Shown here: piece after piece, positions 38,804-47,289 of the stretch
Position numbering within the stretch: position 1 is the stretch's first letter
Layout of the letters: the number at the start of each line of letters is the position of its first letter
Assembly (NCBI GenBank): GCA_034178705.1
Contig: JAXFQY010000104.1
Coordinates: forward strand, 16,379-80,378
DNA: 64,000 nucleotides
Source of the DNA: Eubacteriales bacterium
GTDB lineage: Bacteria > Bacillota > Clostridia > Oscillospirales > CAG-272
Direction of reading: 5' to 3'
Translations under genes and position numbers: made by a program
Notes under the pieces: model-generated
Told to the model about the DNA's origin: nothing
Seen by the model: only the letters and a program-made list of their open reading frames with translations
Database searches by the model: none

Positions 38804-39262
38804 ATGAAGCTGAAGATTGAGATTGCTCCGGACGCAGAAGACGAGCTGATTCTCCGCTGCCGCGAGCGCAGCGAGCGAATCGCAGAGTTGGAGCGGACGC
38901 TCGGGGAACTGCTCAAAAACGACGGAACACTTGCCCTGAGCATCGGAAACACCGAATATTACCTTGCGCCCGCAGAAATCCTTTTCTTTGAGACGGACGG
39001 CGGCCATGTTTCGGCACATACCGTTGCAGGAATGTATCGGTCCGAGAAAAAGCTTTACGAGTTGGAAGCACTTCTGCCGCGCGCTTTCCTGCGGGTATCC
39101 AAATCCTGCATTCTGAATGCCGAACGGGTCGAATCGATTGCACGCAATCTTACCGGCGCCAGTGAGGTGCGTTTCCGCGGCAGCAGCAAGAGGGTTTATG
39201 TATCCCGCGCCTATTATAAATTGCTGAAGGACAGAATTAACGAATTGAGGTCGGTAAAATGA
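38804..39262 (+). CDS. LytTR-family DNA-binding protein without a receiver domain
   Basis: 152 aa. The LytTR domain runs YYLAPAEILFFETDGGHVSAHTVAGMYRSEKKLYELEALLPRAFLRVSKSCILNAERVESI. Only about 45 aa precede it, so there is no REC domain. Confidence 0.88.
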   Translation: MKLKIEIAPDAEDELILRCRERSERIAELERTLGELLKNDGTLALSIGNTEYYLAPAEILFFETDGGHVSAHTVAGMYRSEKKLYELEALLPRAFLRVSKSCILNAERVESIARNLTGASEVRFRGSSKRVYVSRAYYKLLKDRINELRSVK

Positions 39263-39972
39263 AAATCAAGAAAAAAATGAAAATGAATTTTTATGCCAAC
39301 AGAATTTTCTGGGCCATTATCCTGCTGCTGTCTGCCGCTTTGATTATTCTCGATGCGGTGGGAACCGGACTTGGCTTTCTCGACGGGATTCCTGTGATCA
39401 AGATTATTCTCGGTGTCCTGCTGCTTGCTATGGCGGTGCGTGAGGGGATTTGCCTTGATTATGCCGGTGTCATATTTTCGCTCACCTTTCTTTTTCTGCT
39501 CTTTGAGCGAAATATTGCGCGGTGGTGCGGGATCGAAAGCGGGGAACTGATCAACAACTGGCTGGCGTTGCTTGCTGCGCTGCTTGTGGTGATTGCCCTG
39601 AAGCTCCTGACAGGCGGGTTCCGCATTACTGCATGCGGCGGCAAGGAAGACGGTGTGGATAAAAAGTCCTTCGGCAACTATGTGAAGTATATCGACTGTA
39701 CCTCCTTTATCCGTGAGGAGGTGGAAAGCAATATGGGATACTGTGAGATTATATTCCAGAATGTAGACAATTATCTTTCCGGCGGCACGCTGGTTGTTTC
39801 CAACAATCTCGGTGCGATGGAAATCCGTGTTCCCGCCTCTTGGCATGTGGATGCTTCGATTGAAAACAGCCTTGGCTCCGTTGTGCTTCCGCGGGAAGAC
39901 ACACCGGACGGTAAAGTGCTTCATATCGTAGGGGAGAACAACCTCGGCAGTCTTTCCGTTAAGACTGTCTGA
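39259..39972 (+). CDS. membrane protein with a LiaF/YvqF-like C-terminal domain (putative LytTR partner)
   Basis: ATGA overlap with the LytTR gene. About 4 N-terminal TM helices, then a beta-rich tail (GGTLVVSNNLGAMEIRVPASWHVDASIENSLGSVVLP...GENNLGSLSV) that resembles DUF2154. Confidence 0.7.
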   Translation: MKIKKKMKMNFYANRIFWAIILLLSAALIILDAVGTGLGFLDGIPVIKIILGVLLLAMAVREGICLDYAGVIFSLTFLFLLFERNIARWCGIESGELINNWLALLAALLVVIALKLLTGGFRITACGGKEDGVDKKSFGNYVKYIDCTSFIREEVESNMGYCEIIFQNVDNYLSGGTLVVSNNLGAMEIRVPASWHVDASIENSLGSVVLPREDTPDGKVLHIVGENNLGSLSVKTV

Positions 39973-40022
39973 GCGTTTCCGTTTCGGATTGAAAACAATA
40001 TATAATGAGAAAGGGATCCATT

Positions 40023-41357
40023 ATGATCTTTCGCGAAGGTTTTTATGCCGATGTCCGTGTGGAGGACAGAAGCAATACGGTGATCCGTTATCTGAACGGA
40101 ATCCTGCAGGAGTCCAAAACGAGGAATGAGAAGCGTGCTTTCCTGCGTGTTTACGACGGTAAACTCTGGTACTATGCTTCGGTTACCGATGTTGCCCATC
40201 TTCAAAAGACGCTTGACGGACTGTATGAGGCCGCAACCCCGAATCCCGACATCCTCTCGGACCCGATTGTACGGCGTTTTGAGAAGAACCGCGCAAAGGA
40301 AATGCGCTTTTCCGACCGCTCTGTCCGGTCCGTTCCGACCGAGGAAAAAAACGCCCTCCTTCTTTCTTATCTTCCCCTGCTTGCCGAGGACAGCTGCATG
40401 AGCATGCCGGTCGGAATGTATCTGGACCGTAGCAGCCTTTTCACCTTCTGCTCCTCTCTCGGGGCGGAGCTGGAATATGATTATCAGACCTGCGGCATTT
40501 GCCTGCGCTGCGACATGGTTGAGGGAGAGCGGAAATTTTCTGCCCGCTGGCAACACGGAGACACACTCTTCGAAAATCTGAAGGGCAGGGAGGCGGAAGC
40601 AAGCGCCGCGTTGCGGGAGCAGGCGGTGTTTATGCGTACATCTGTGCCGGTGACACCGGGGAAATATCCTGTCGTCCTTGCACCGGAGGCGGCAGGCGTG
40701 TTCGCCCACGAATCCTTCGGACATAAATCCGAATCCGACTTCATGCTTTCGGATGAGACCATGCGAGATGAATGGCAGCTTGGGAAAACCGTCGGCTCTC
40801 CCATTCTTTCCATTGCGGAATGCGGTGAGCTGCCCGGGAGCGGATATGTTCCCTATGACGATGAAGGGACGAAGGCGCGCAAAAACTATCTGATCAAAAA
40901 CGGCATTCTCGCGGGAAGACTGCACAGCGCACAGACGGCAGCGGCACTTAACGAAGGATTGACCGGAAACGCACGCGCGCTGGACTGCACCTTTGAGCCG
41001 ATCGTCCGGATGACCAACACCTATATTGAACCGGGAGATCTGACTTTTGAGGAACTGATCGCCCCGATCAAAAAAGGGTATTATATTAAGCAGATCAATC
41101 ACGGCTCGGGCATGAGTACCTTTACCATTGCGCCTGCCGTATCTTATGAGATTACAGACGGAAGACTCGGAAAGCCGGTTCAAATCAGCGTGATCACCGG
41201 CAACGTTTTTGAGACACTCGGCCTGATTGACGGATTGACCCGTGAAACAGAAATGCTTTCCTTTGTGACGGGTGGATGCGGGAAAATGGAGCAGCAGGGA
41301 CTTCCTGTCGGGTTCGGCGGTCCCTTTGTCCGCGTTTCCTCCATGAATGTACAGTGA
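40023..41357 (+). CDS. tldD: TldD-family metalloprotease subunit
   Basis: HExxxH present as HESFGHKSESD, with a conserved C-terminal GGCGK...GGPFVRV. The start could be ATG 40023 (after AAAGGGA) or ATG 40005, 6 codons upstream. Confidence 0.88.
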   Translation: MIFREGFYADVRVEDRSNTVIRYLNGILQESKTRNEKRAFLRVYDGKLWYYASVTDVAHLQKTLDGLYEAATPNPDILSDPIVRRFEKNRAKEMRFSDRSVRSVPTEEKNALLLSYLPLLAEDSCMSMPVGMYLDRSSLFTFCSSLGAELEYDYQTCGICLRCDMVEGERKFSARWQHGDTLFENLKGREAEASAALREQAVFMRTSVPVTPGKYPVVLAPEAAGVFAHESFGHKSESDFMLSDETMRDEWQLGKTVGSPILSIAECGELPGSGYVPYDDEGTKARKNYLIKNGILAGRLHSAQTAAALNEGLTGNARALDCTFEPIVRMTNTYIEPGDLTFEELIAPIKKGYYIKQINHGSGMSTFTIAPAVSYEITDGRLGKPVQISVITGNVFETLGLIDGLTRETEMLSFVTGGCGKMEQQGLPVGFGGPFVRVSSMNVQ

Positions 41358-41366
41358 GGTGGAAAG

Positions 41367-42590
41367 ATGAATAAGGAATTTCTTGTAAACAAAAGCGGCT
41401 CGGTAACGCTCAACGTTACGGCGAACCGCATTGACAGCTATCGGATGAAGGAAGAAACGACCGGAACCGTCCGTGTTTACCGGGACGGAAAAATCGGAGT
41501 TGCCGGCGCCCTCGGGGAGCCGGACGAGGCGGCACTGACCGCGCAGGCAGAGAAGGCACTTTCTCTCGGGATTCCTTATGTCTGTGCATTGGACGGAGCT
41601 CTTGAAAAGGAGGAGCATCATGAGCGCGTTATTGTTCCCGAAAAGGAACTGGTCCCGACCATGCAGACGCTGCTTGACCGTATTAGCGAGGCTTGTCCCC
41701 GCTTTGCCGTCAGCAATAAAATCATGCTTTCGCGGAGCTTTTCCGAGTACAGGAACTCCAACGGAAGACACCTTGTCTGTTCGGATAATGCTCTGACAAT
41801 TGCTTTGCTTTTCCAGAGCCGCGGTTCCGGAAATCTCATGGACTGCTTCTATGAATGCACGGGCCGCAATTTCGATCCGGATGCGGTTGTAGCGGATTGC
41901 CGCACGCTTTATGATGCTTTCTATACCTCTGCCGATATTGAGGAGGGAGAGTGGCCTGTTGTTCTCGGAGTCGGGGATCTTTTCGGCACCTTTTTCCGCA
42001 ATTTTATCGGGGAAATGTATGTGTCCGGCGCCTCGCTTGTCAGCGGAAAACTCGGTGAGAGGATTTTCTCCGAGAAGCTTACCTTTACGGATGACCGGAA
42101 TCCGATGACCTGTCCGAACGCGCGGTTCTTTGATACGGAGGGACAGTTTGTTCCCGATTTCCGTGTTCCGTTCATCGAGCGCGGCGTGCTCAGGAATGTT
42201 CTTACAACAAAGAACACCGCGGCACAGCTTGGACTTCCCGTTTCCGGTACTTCGGCGGCATCATACGACGGCGTCCCTTCCTACGGACTTTCGGGGCTGT
42301 ATGTAGAGCCGACTGCCGGGAAACTTTGCGAGATTGTTTCCGGGAAAGCCATCTTTGTGGTCATGGCATCCGGCGGAGATACCACCCCGGACGGACATTT
42401 TGCAACACCGGTGCAGTGCTCCTTCCTGCTGGAGAACGGCAGGCTGGTCGGAAGACTTCCGGAACTGAATATCAGCGGGGACTTTTACTCCCTGCTCGGG
42501 GAGAATTATCTCGGTGCGGTTCGCGGGGATCCGCTTCCCTCTGAGGATGCGACCTTCTGCGTTACCAGAATGAAGGTCACAAAGGAATAA
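41367..42590 (+). CDS. pmbA: PmbA/TldE-family protein (non-catalytic partner of TldD)
   Basis: Same fold family as the upstream gene but lacks HExxxH. RBS GAGGTGGAAAG. Lies 9 nt after tldD. Confidence 0.85.
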   Translation: MNKEFLVNKSGSVTLNVTANRIDSYRMKEETTGTVRVYRDGKIGVAGALGEPDEAALTAQAEKALSLGIPYVCALDGALEKEEHHERVIVPEKELVPTMQTLLDRISEACPRFAVSNKIMLSRSFSEYRNSNGRHLVCSDNALTIALLFQSRGSGNLMDCFYECTGRNFDPDAVVADCRTLYDAFYTSADIEEGEWPVVLGVGDLFGTFFRNFIGEMYVSGASLVSGKLGERIFSEKLTFTDDRNPMTCPNARFFDTEGQFVPDFRVPFIERGVLRNVLTTKNTAAQLGLPVSGTSAASYDGVPSYGLSGLYVEPTAGKLCEIVSGKAIFVVMASGGDTTPDGHFATPVQCSFLLENGRLVGRLPELNISGDFYSLLGENYLGAVRGDPLPSEDATFCVTRMKVTKE

Positions 42591-42604
42591 GAGCTGCTGA
42601 AAAA

Positions 42605-42649
42605 AGAGAGGGCTGTCTCACTGTAAGGGGAGACAGCCCTCTCTTTTTT
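42605..42649. terminator. bidirectional intrinsic terminator
   Basis: 15-bp perfect stem AGAGAGGGCTGTCTC / GAGACAGCCCTCTCT, with an A-run on the 5' side and TTTTT on the 3' side. It sits between the convergent pmbA and AraC genes. Confidence 0.88.
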
Positions 42650-42659
42650 CTTCTTTTTT

Positions 42660-43508
42660 TCAGCGGAAGTGTGTCGGGCTGCAGCCATAGGCGCGCTTGA
42701 AGCTTTGTGAGAAGTGCTTGATTGAGCGGAAGCCGACAGCACGGGAAATGTCTGTGACCGACAGATCGGTTGTCTGAATCAGCTCAAGCGCCTTCAGAAT
42801 CCGTGCGTTTACGACATATTGATGCAGGGACTGCCCGGTGCTTGCCAGCATACAGCGGTTGATGTAGTTCGGGTGGTAGGAAAAATGCTGACCGATTTCG
42901 GTATTGGAGAGATCCTTCGCGATATTTTCGTGGATATATTCAATAATTCCTTTTACCAGGCTGGCACTGCTTTCTCCGGAGACTGCGGTGATATGACGTA
43001 CGGTGGTAATCAGCAGCTTCTGGAGAATTGCGCTGAGCATGGCGGCATAATTGCGCTGCGGGGAAACAAATTCACTGTCAAGGCAGTGAAAATCGTATTC
43101 CGACACACGCATATCGGCGATGTGTACAGGGGAATTGAACTCCGGCAGATCGGAAAACGAAATATTTTCCAGGCGTTTTTCGGGAAGAAAGGCGCTGTCG
43201 GGGACAGGGGGAAGACAGAGTGAAATCTGTCTTGCGTCAAAGGTATAATCGAAGTTGACGACAAGAACGGTAAAGCCTTCGGCGGAAACGGCAGAGAGGG
43301 AATAAACCGAGTCGGGCGTCCAGATAAAAAGCTCCCCGCGATTCGGGCGGAACACGGCCCCGTCTACGGTAAGCTCCGCACCTTGCGTGAAAAAATAGAG
43401 CATCCGGTTATCATAGGCACGCAGGTTCTTTGTGGAATATTCGCCCGACATATGCAGAATCTTTGCATATCTGACATAGGGCTTGATATCGTCAAACTTC
43501 ATGATCAC
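42660..43508 (-). CDS. AraC-family transcriptional regulator
   Basis: N-terminal cupin-like domain and a C-terminal AraC HTH (NTEIGQHFSYHPNYINRCM...ISRAVGFRSIKHFSQSFKRAYGCSPTHFR). The start overlaps the ribU stop by 17 nt. Confidence 0.9.
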   Translation of the reverse strand: MIMKFDDIKPYVRYAKILHMSGEYSTKNLRAYDNRMLYFFTQGAELTVDGAVFRPNRGELFIWTPDSVYSLSAVSAEGFTVLVVNFDYTFDARQISLCLPPVPDSAFLPEKRLENISFSDLPEFNSPVHIADMRVSEYDFHCLDSEFVSPQRNYAAMLSAILQKLLITTVRHITAVSGESSASLVKGIIEYIHENIAKDLSNTEIGQHFSYHPNYINRCMLASTGQSLHQYVVNARILKALELIQTTDLSVTDISRAVGFRSIKHFSQSFKRAYGCSPTHFR

Positions 43509-44145
43509 GTGCGGAATCCTCTTTCTCCGCCTCCGGACGGGAGGGCATCAGTTTTGCGGCGCGAAGAGCGCGGACAACGGGCTTATAGATAAGAAAGGCA
43601 ATGAGCGTATCCAGAAGCCCTTTTACAAGCGTAAAGGGAAGATTAAAAATCAGAAGGCAGGAAAGCAATCCTCCGACACCCGGAAGAATGGCGCGATACA
43701 TTCCGATAATGGTATCCAGCGGAAGGAGGCGCGCATAGATCGGATAGATGATAAAGTAATTCAGCGGGACGCTTGCAATCGCCATGATGACAGCACCGGC
43801 AACGGAAGCAAGGAGAGCGGCCCGGCGCGTGCGGTGAGCACGGTAGAAGAAACCGGCCGGGAGCACAAAACAGACTCCCATGAGAAAATTGCACAGCTCC
43901 CCGACCCCTCCTGTCATTGTCATTGTGACTTTGACGAGATTTTTGATCAGACAGACAAGTACGCCGCTTGTGGGTCCGAGTGCAAAAGCAGCGATCAAAG
44001 CGGGCAGCTCGGAAAGATCCATCTTGATAAAAGAGGGCATGAAGGGGACATTGAATTCGAGCATCATCAGTACAGAGGCAACAGCGGAGAGGAGGGCGGT
44101 TGCCGTGAGATAGCGGATACTCCGGGAACGTGAGAAACGGTACAT
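43492..44145 (-). CDS. ribU: ECF-transporter S component for riboflavin (RibU-like)
   Basis: FNVPFMPSFIKMDLSELPALIAAFALGP parallels B. subtilis RibU FPFPGLPDYLKIDFSDVPAIIA. About 5-6 TM helices. An FMN riboswitch lies directly upstream. Start set at MYRFS (44145). Confidence 0.85.
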   Translation of the reverse strand: MYRFSRSRSIRYLTATALLSAVASVLMMLEFNVPFMPSFIKMDLSELPALIAAFALGPTSGVLVCLIKNLVKVTMTMTGGVGELCNFLMGVCFVLPAGFFYRAHRTRRAALLASVAGAVIMAIASVPLNYFIIYPIYARLLPLDTIIGMYRAILPGVGGLLSCLLIFNLPFTLVKGLLDTLIAFLIYKPVVRALRAAKLMPSRPEAEKEDSARDHEV

Positions 44146-44149
44146 GGAA

Positions 44150-44338
44150 AAAACCTCCGCGGCACATGGCGGCGGAGAATGGCGGCATTGCCGCACGGTC
44201 CCTCTCATCCGGACTGTACCGTCGGTTCCGGATTTGCACCGGATCGGTCGCATTGCTGCGATTCGCGGACTTCGGAAGCGCTGCCTGCTGCAGTCTGTCC
44301 GTCACCGCCGGTGGGGAATTGCACCCCGCCCCAAGACC
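44150..44338 (-). promoter_or_regulatory. FMN riboswitch (RFN element), ribU leader
   Basis: The reverse complement reads ...GGGGCGGGGTGCAATTCCCCACCGGCGGTGA...GATCCGGTGCAAATCCGGAACCGACGGTACAGTCCGGATGAGAGGGACC, matching both conserved RFN halves. The following hairpin CTCCGC...GCGGAG plus TTTTTT sequesters the GGAGG RBS. Confidence 0.9.
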
Positions 44339-44512
44339 ATTTTTTATGAATTGTATTCATTTTATACCTCTCGGTTCCGTTTGTCAAGAGGAAGGCGGAG
44401 ATTGTCTTTTCTTCTTCCTCCGTACATATCTCGCCCGGAATCCCGGATTTTCTTTTTCCTTTCTTCTTTTCTTTCAAAGAAAGCGGGAGAAAAACAAGAT
44501 TCGCGTCTTTGC

Positions 44513-44519
44513 TTCGACA
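44513..44519 (+). promoter_or_regulatory. Spo0A-box-like site (TTCGACA) in the spoIIE promoter region
   Basis: Exact 0A-box heptamer, 21 nt upstream of a TATCAT -10-like hexamer (44541-44546) and 70 nt upstream of the spoIIE ATG. Confidence 0.45.
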
Positions 44520-44588
44520 GACTTTTTACCCTGTACGCGGTATCATACGGGCAGAGGTCAGAGTACCGCGCAAAGGGAGGACGTATAA

Positions 44589-47237
44589 ATGAATCCAAAT
44601 GATAAAAAAAGGGACGCTCCACGGAAGGCACCGGATGTACGCAATGCCGCTCCGGGGGAGTCCGGGGGCGTGCGCAGAGGAGGGCGGGAGAGACCGCCCT
44701 CCGACTCGCTCCCTCGTTCGGAGAGACACCAGGATGCTTACGGGGCCAATCCGGCTGCCGGAAATGTCGGCGCGGGACGCCCGTCGGCTTCGCGCGGCAC
44801 CCGTCCGGACAACCCTTCCCGGATGGGGGAAAGGGGCCGTAATCGGCGCGGAGCGGAACCCAGGCGACAGCGACCGGCAAACGGTGAGACGTATCAGAAG
44901 CGGAATGCGGGAGGCGATCCGGTTGGATCCGGAGGTTTTTTTGCGGTAGCTGGACGGCTTGGCGGTCGTGTCAGAAGAGCGGCGGACAGGCTTCCCGCCG
45001 GCGCTGCTGCTGCGGGGGCGCGCTTTCTTGCCTCTTTTCTCTGCGGGATGCTCTTTTCACGTGCACCGATGCTGTTTTCCGCCCTCCCGTTGGGGCTTGC
45101 CCTTCTTTCGTCAGTGGAGGGAACAATGCCCCTTTGCGCTGTCGGGGTTTTTGTCGGAAGTCTTTCGGGCGGTGCGGGAACGGTTTATGCAGCATCGGCT
45201 GTGCTGATTGCCGCTGCCCGTCTGCTGCTTTCCCTTTTTGGCAGGGAGCGCGAACCAAACGGCAAAGGTCTTTTTTCGGACAGTCTGCGTGTGCGTCTCT
45301 ATCTTGCCGCGCTTTCCGCCTTCGGCGTGGGAATTTATCGGATTATTGTGAACGGCTATCGCTATTATGACCTTTTCGGCTGCTTCTTCCTCCTTTTTGC
45401 CGTGCCGGGTGCGACCGTCCTTTTTTCTCTTCTTTTTTCGGGACAGGCCGCTCGCCGAGGCAGTCTGCAGCTTCTGTGTATCGCTGTTTTCTGCGCGGCG
45501 TTGATTTTTTCGCTTCGGGGACTCTCTCCGTTCGGGATGGATTTTGCATCGCTTGCCGCGGCGTTTTTTACTCTCTTTTTTGCCCGGGAGACAGGAATGC
45601 TTCCGGGAACTGCGGTAGGTTTGCTTTTCGGACTTGCGGCAGCTCCGATGGCTGCGCCCGCTTTTGCTGTTATGGGACTGATTGCCGGGTTGATGCAGAG
45701 GGCCTCGCTTTCTCTTACCGTGATTGCCTCCTCTGCTGCGGCCTGCTGTATGGAACTGCTTGTCTTCGGCGTTCAGGAATTCCTTTCGCTGCTTCCGGAG
45801 ACTGTGGCTTCCGCTGTCCTTTGTGTGTTGACGGAACGGACGCCGCTTATGCCGGCGATTTCTTCTTTGTTTTATACTGCGGAGGAGGAGAAGACTGCGG
45901 TAGATAATGTTCCGGTGCGAACCGAGGACCGGCTGGCGGCGCTTTCCGAATCCTTCCGCTCCCTGTCCGAGGTTTGCTATGCGCTTTCCGACCGCTATCG
46001 AAGACCGGATGAACTGGAACTGCGTGCTCTCTGCGATCGGGTTTGCGATCGATACTGTGCGCGTTGCCGCGTGTCTCCGCTTTGCTGGAACCGCGAGTAT
46101 TCCTCCACCTCCGATGTCATGAACGGTGTGGTCAATTCGCTCTCTGAGGGGAAGAGGGTGACGCGCGGCAGTGTTCCGACTTATTTTTCTGTCCGTTGCC
46201 CGAGTGTGGACGGAATTCTGAAGGAGATTAACGACGGATGTGCTGCTTTGACTGAGCAGAGGCTGCGGGGAGATAAAAGCGAAATATTTGCAATGGATTA
46301 CGAAGCAACGGCAGCGTTGATCCGGGAGGCGCTGGAGTCAGGACGACGGGAATATGCCCCGGACCGGAAGCTTGCTGCTGCCTGCGCAAAGCGATGCGCC
46401 GAACTGTTCGGCGCCGGGGGTGTTGTGACAGTGCGGGGGGCACGGCATAAGAGTGTGCGAGGCTCCGGCTTCCCCGTTTCACCGGTTATGCCTCCGGATC
46501 GACTCCGATCCGTTCTGGAGGAGACTTTACACTGCCGTCTTTCAGTTCCTGTGTGCGAAACAGAAGGAGGAAAGCTTTCCTTTACCGCGCACAGTATCCG
46601 GCGTTTTTCCGCGCAGGTTGCTTTTCTCTGCCGTCCGAAGGAAGGGGACGGGGAATGCGGGGATTCGGTTTCCGCATTTGAAAACCGGGAGGATTATTTT
46701 TATACCATGCTGTCCGACGGCATGGGAAGCGGAAGCGAAGCAGCACTGACCAGCAGCGTTTGTGCGGTTTTTCTGAAAAAGATGCTTTATGCCGGCAACG
46801 CGAAGGAAACCTCGATTGAAATGCTGAACAACCTTGTCCGTTCTTCTTCTGATGAAATCAGTGCAACGGTGGATTTGTTTGAACTGGATTTGATCAGCGG
46901 TAAAGCTTCTTTTATAAAAAGCGGGGCCGCTCCCTCCTTTGTCCGGCGCGGCGGACGTCTTTTCCGGATCCAGTCCAAAACACTGCCGATCGGAATTGTC
47001 CGTGCCGCCGGCGCGGAGCAGGTCAGTTTTACGGCAGAAGACGGAGACTGTATTATCATGCAAAGCGACGGTGTTGCCGAAAGCTATGAGGACAGTCCGT
47101 GGCTTGCGCATTTGATAACCCGCTCGTGGGATGGGAATCTGCGTGCGATGTGTACACGGATTCTTGATGCCGCGGAGGAGAACAATCCCAAAAAGGATGA
47201 TCGCAGTGTGGCGATTATCCGGATCCGGAAGGAATAG
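44589..47237 (+). CDS. spoIIE: stage II sporulation protein E (membrane PP2C phosphatase)
   Basis: About 10 TM segments in the middle. C-terminal PP2C/SpoIIE domain (FYTMLSDGMGSGSEAA...ATVDLFELDLISGKASFIKSGAAPSF...IIMQSDGV). RBS AGGGAGG. Carries an unusual Arg/Gly/Pro-rich N-terminal extension of about 130 aa. Confidence 0.92.
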   Translation: MNPNDKKRDAPRKAPDVRNAAPGESGGVRRGGRERPPSDSLPRSERHQDAYGANPAAGNVGAGRPSASRGTRPDNPSRMGERGRNRRGAEPRRQRPANGETYQKRNAGGDPVGSGGFFAVAGRLGGRVRRAADRLPAGAAAAGARFLASFLCGMLFSRAPMLFSALPLGLALLSSVEGTMPLCAVGVFVGSLSGGAGTVYAASAVLIAAARLLLSLFGREREPNGKGLFSDSLRVRLYLAALSAFGVGIYRIIVNGYRYYDLFGCFFLLFAVPGATVLFSLLFSGQAARRGSLQLLCIAVFCAALIFSLRGLSPFGMDFASLAAAFFTLFFARETGMLPGTAVGLLFGLAAAPMAAPAFAVMGLIAGLMQRASLSLTVIASSAAACCMELLVFGVQEFLSLLPETVASAVLCVLTERTPLMPAISSLFYTAEEEKTAVDNVPVRTEDRLAALSESFRSLSEVCYALSDRYRRPDELELRALCDRVCDRYCARCRVSPLCWNREYSSTSDVMNGVVNSLSEGKRVTRGSVPTYFSVRCPSVDGILKEINDGCAALTEQRLRGDKSEIFAMDYEATAALIREALESGRREYAPDRKLAAACAKRCAELFGAGGVVTVRGARHKSVRGSGFPVSPVMPPDRLRSVLEETLHCRLSVPVCETEGGKLSFTAHSIRRFSAQVAFLCRPKEGDGECGDSVSAFENREDYFYTMLSDGMGSGSEAALTSSVCAVFLKKMLYAGNAKETSIEMLNNLVRSSSDEISATVDLFELDLISGKASFIKSGAAPSFVRRGGRLFRIQSKTLPIGIVRAAGAEQVSFTAEDGDCIIMQSDGVAESYEDSPWLAHLITRSWDGNLRAMCTRILDAAEENNPKKDDRSVAIIRIRKE

Positions 47238-47272
47238 AAAAAGCGGGAGAACGGAACAATCCGTTCTCCCGC
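47238..47272 (-). terminator. intrinsic terminator of pfkA
   Basis: 12-bp stem GCGGGAGAACGG / CCGTTCTCCCGC. The T-run is present only on the minus strand (plus-strand AAAAA at 47238-47242). Confidence 0.8.
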
Positions 47273-47289
47273 CGGGAAAGCATTTTCGG

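Noticed and set aside
39921-41771. 616-aa minus-strand ORF
   Set aside because: It is antisense to tldD and pmbA, whose plus-strand products carry clear family motifs (HESFGH and others). Its translation is Arg/Gly/Cys-rich with no motifs. This is a typical shadow ORF of GC-rich coding DNA.
44130-44602. Two overlapping 152-aa plus-strand ORFs
   Set aside because: They lie across the FMN riboswitch (opposite strand) and the spoIIE promoter region. They have no RBS and their translations are Arg-rich.
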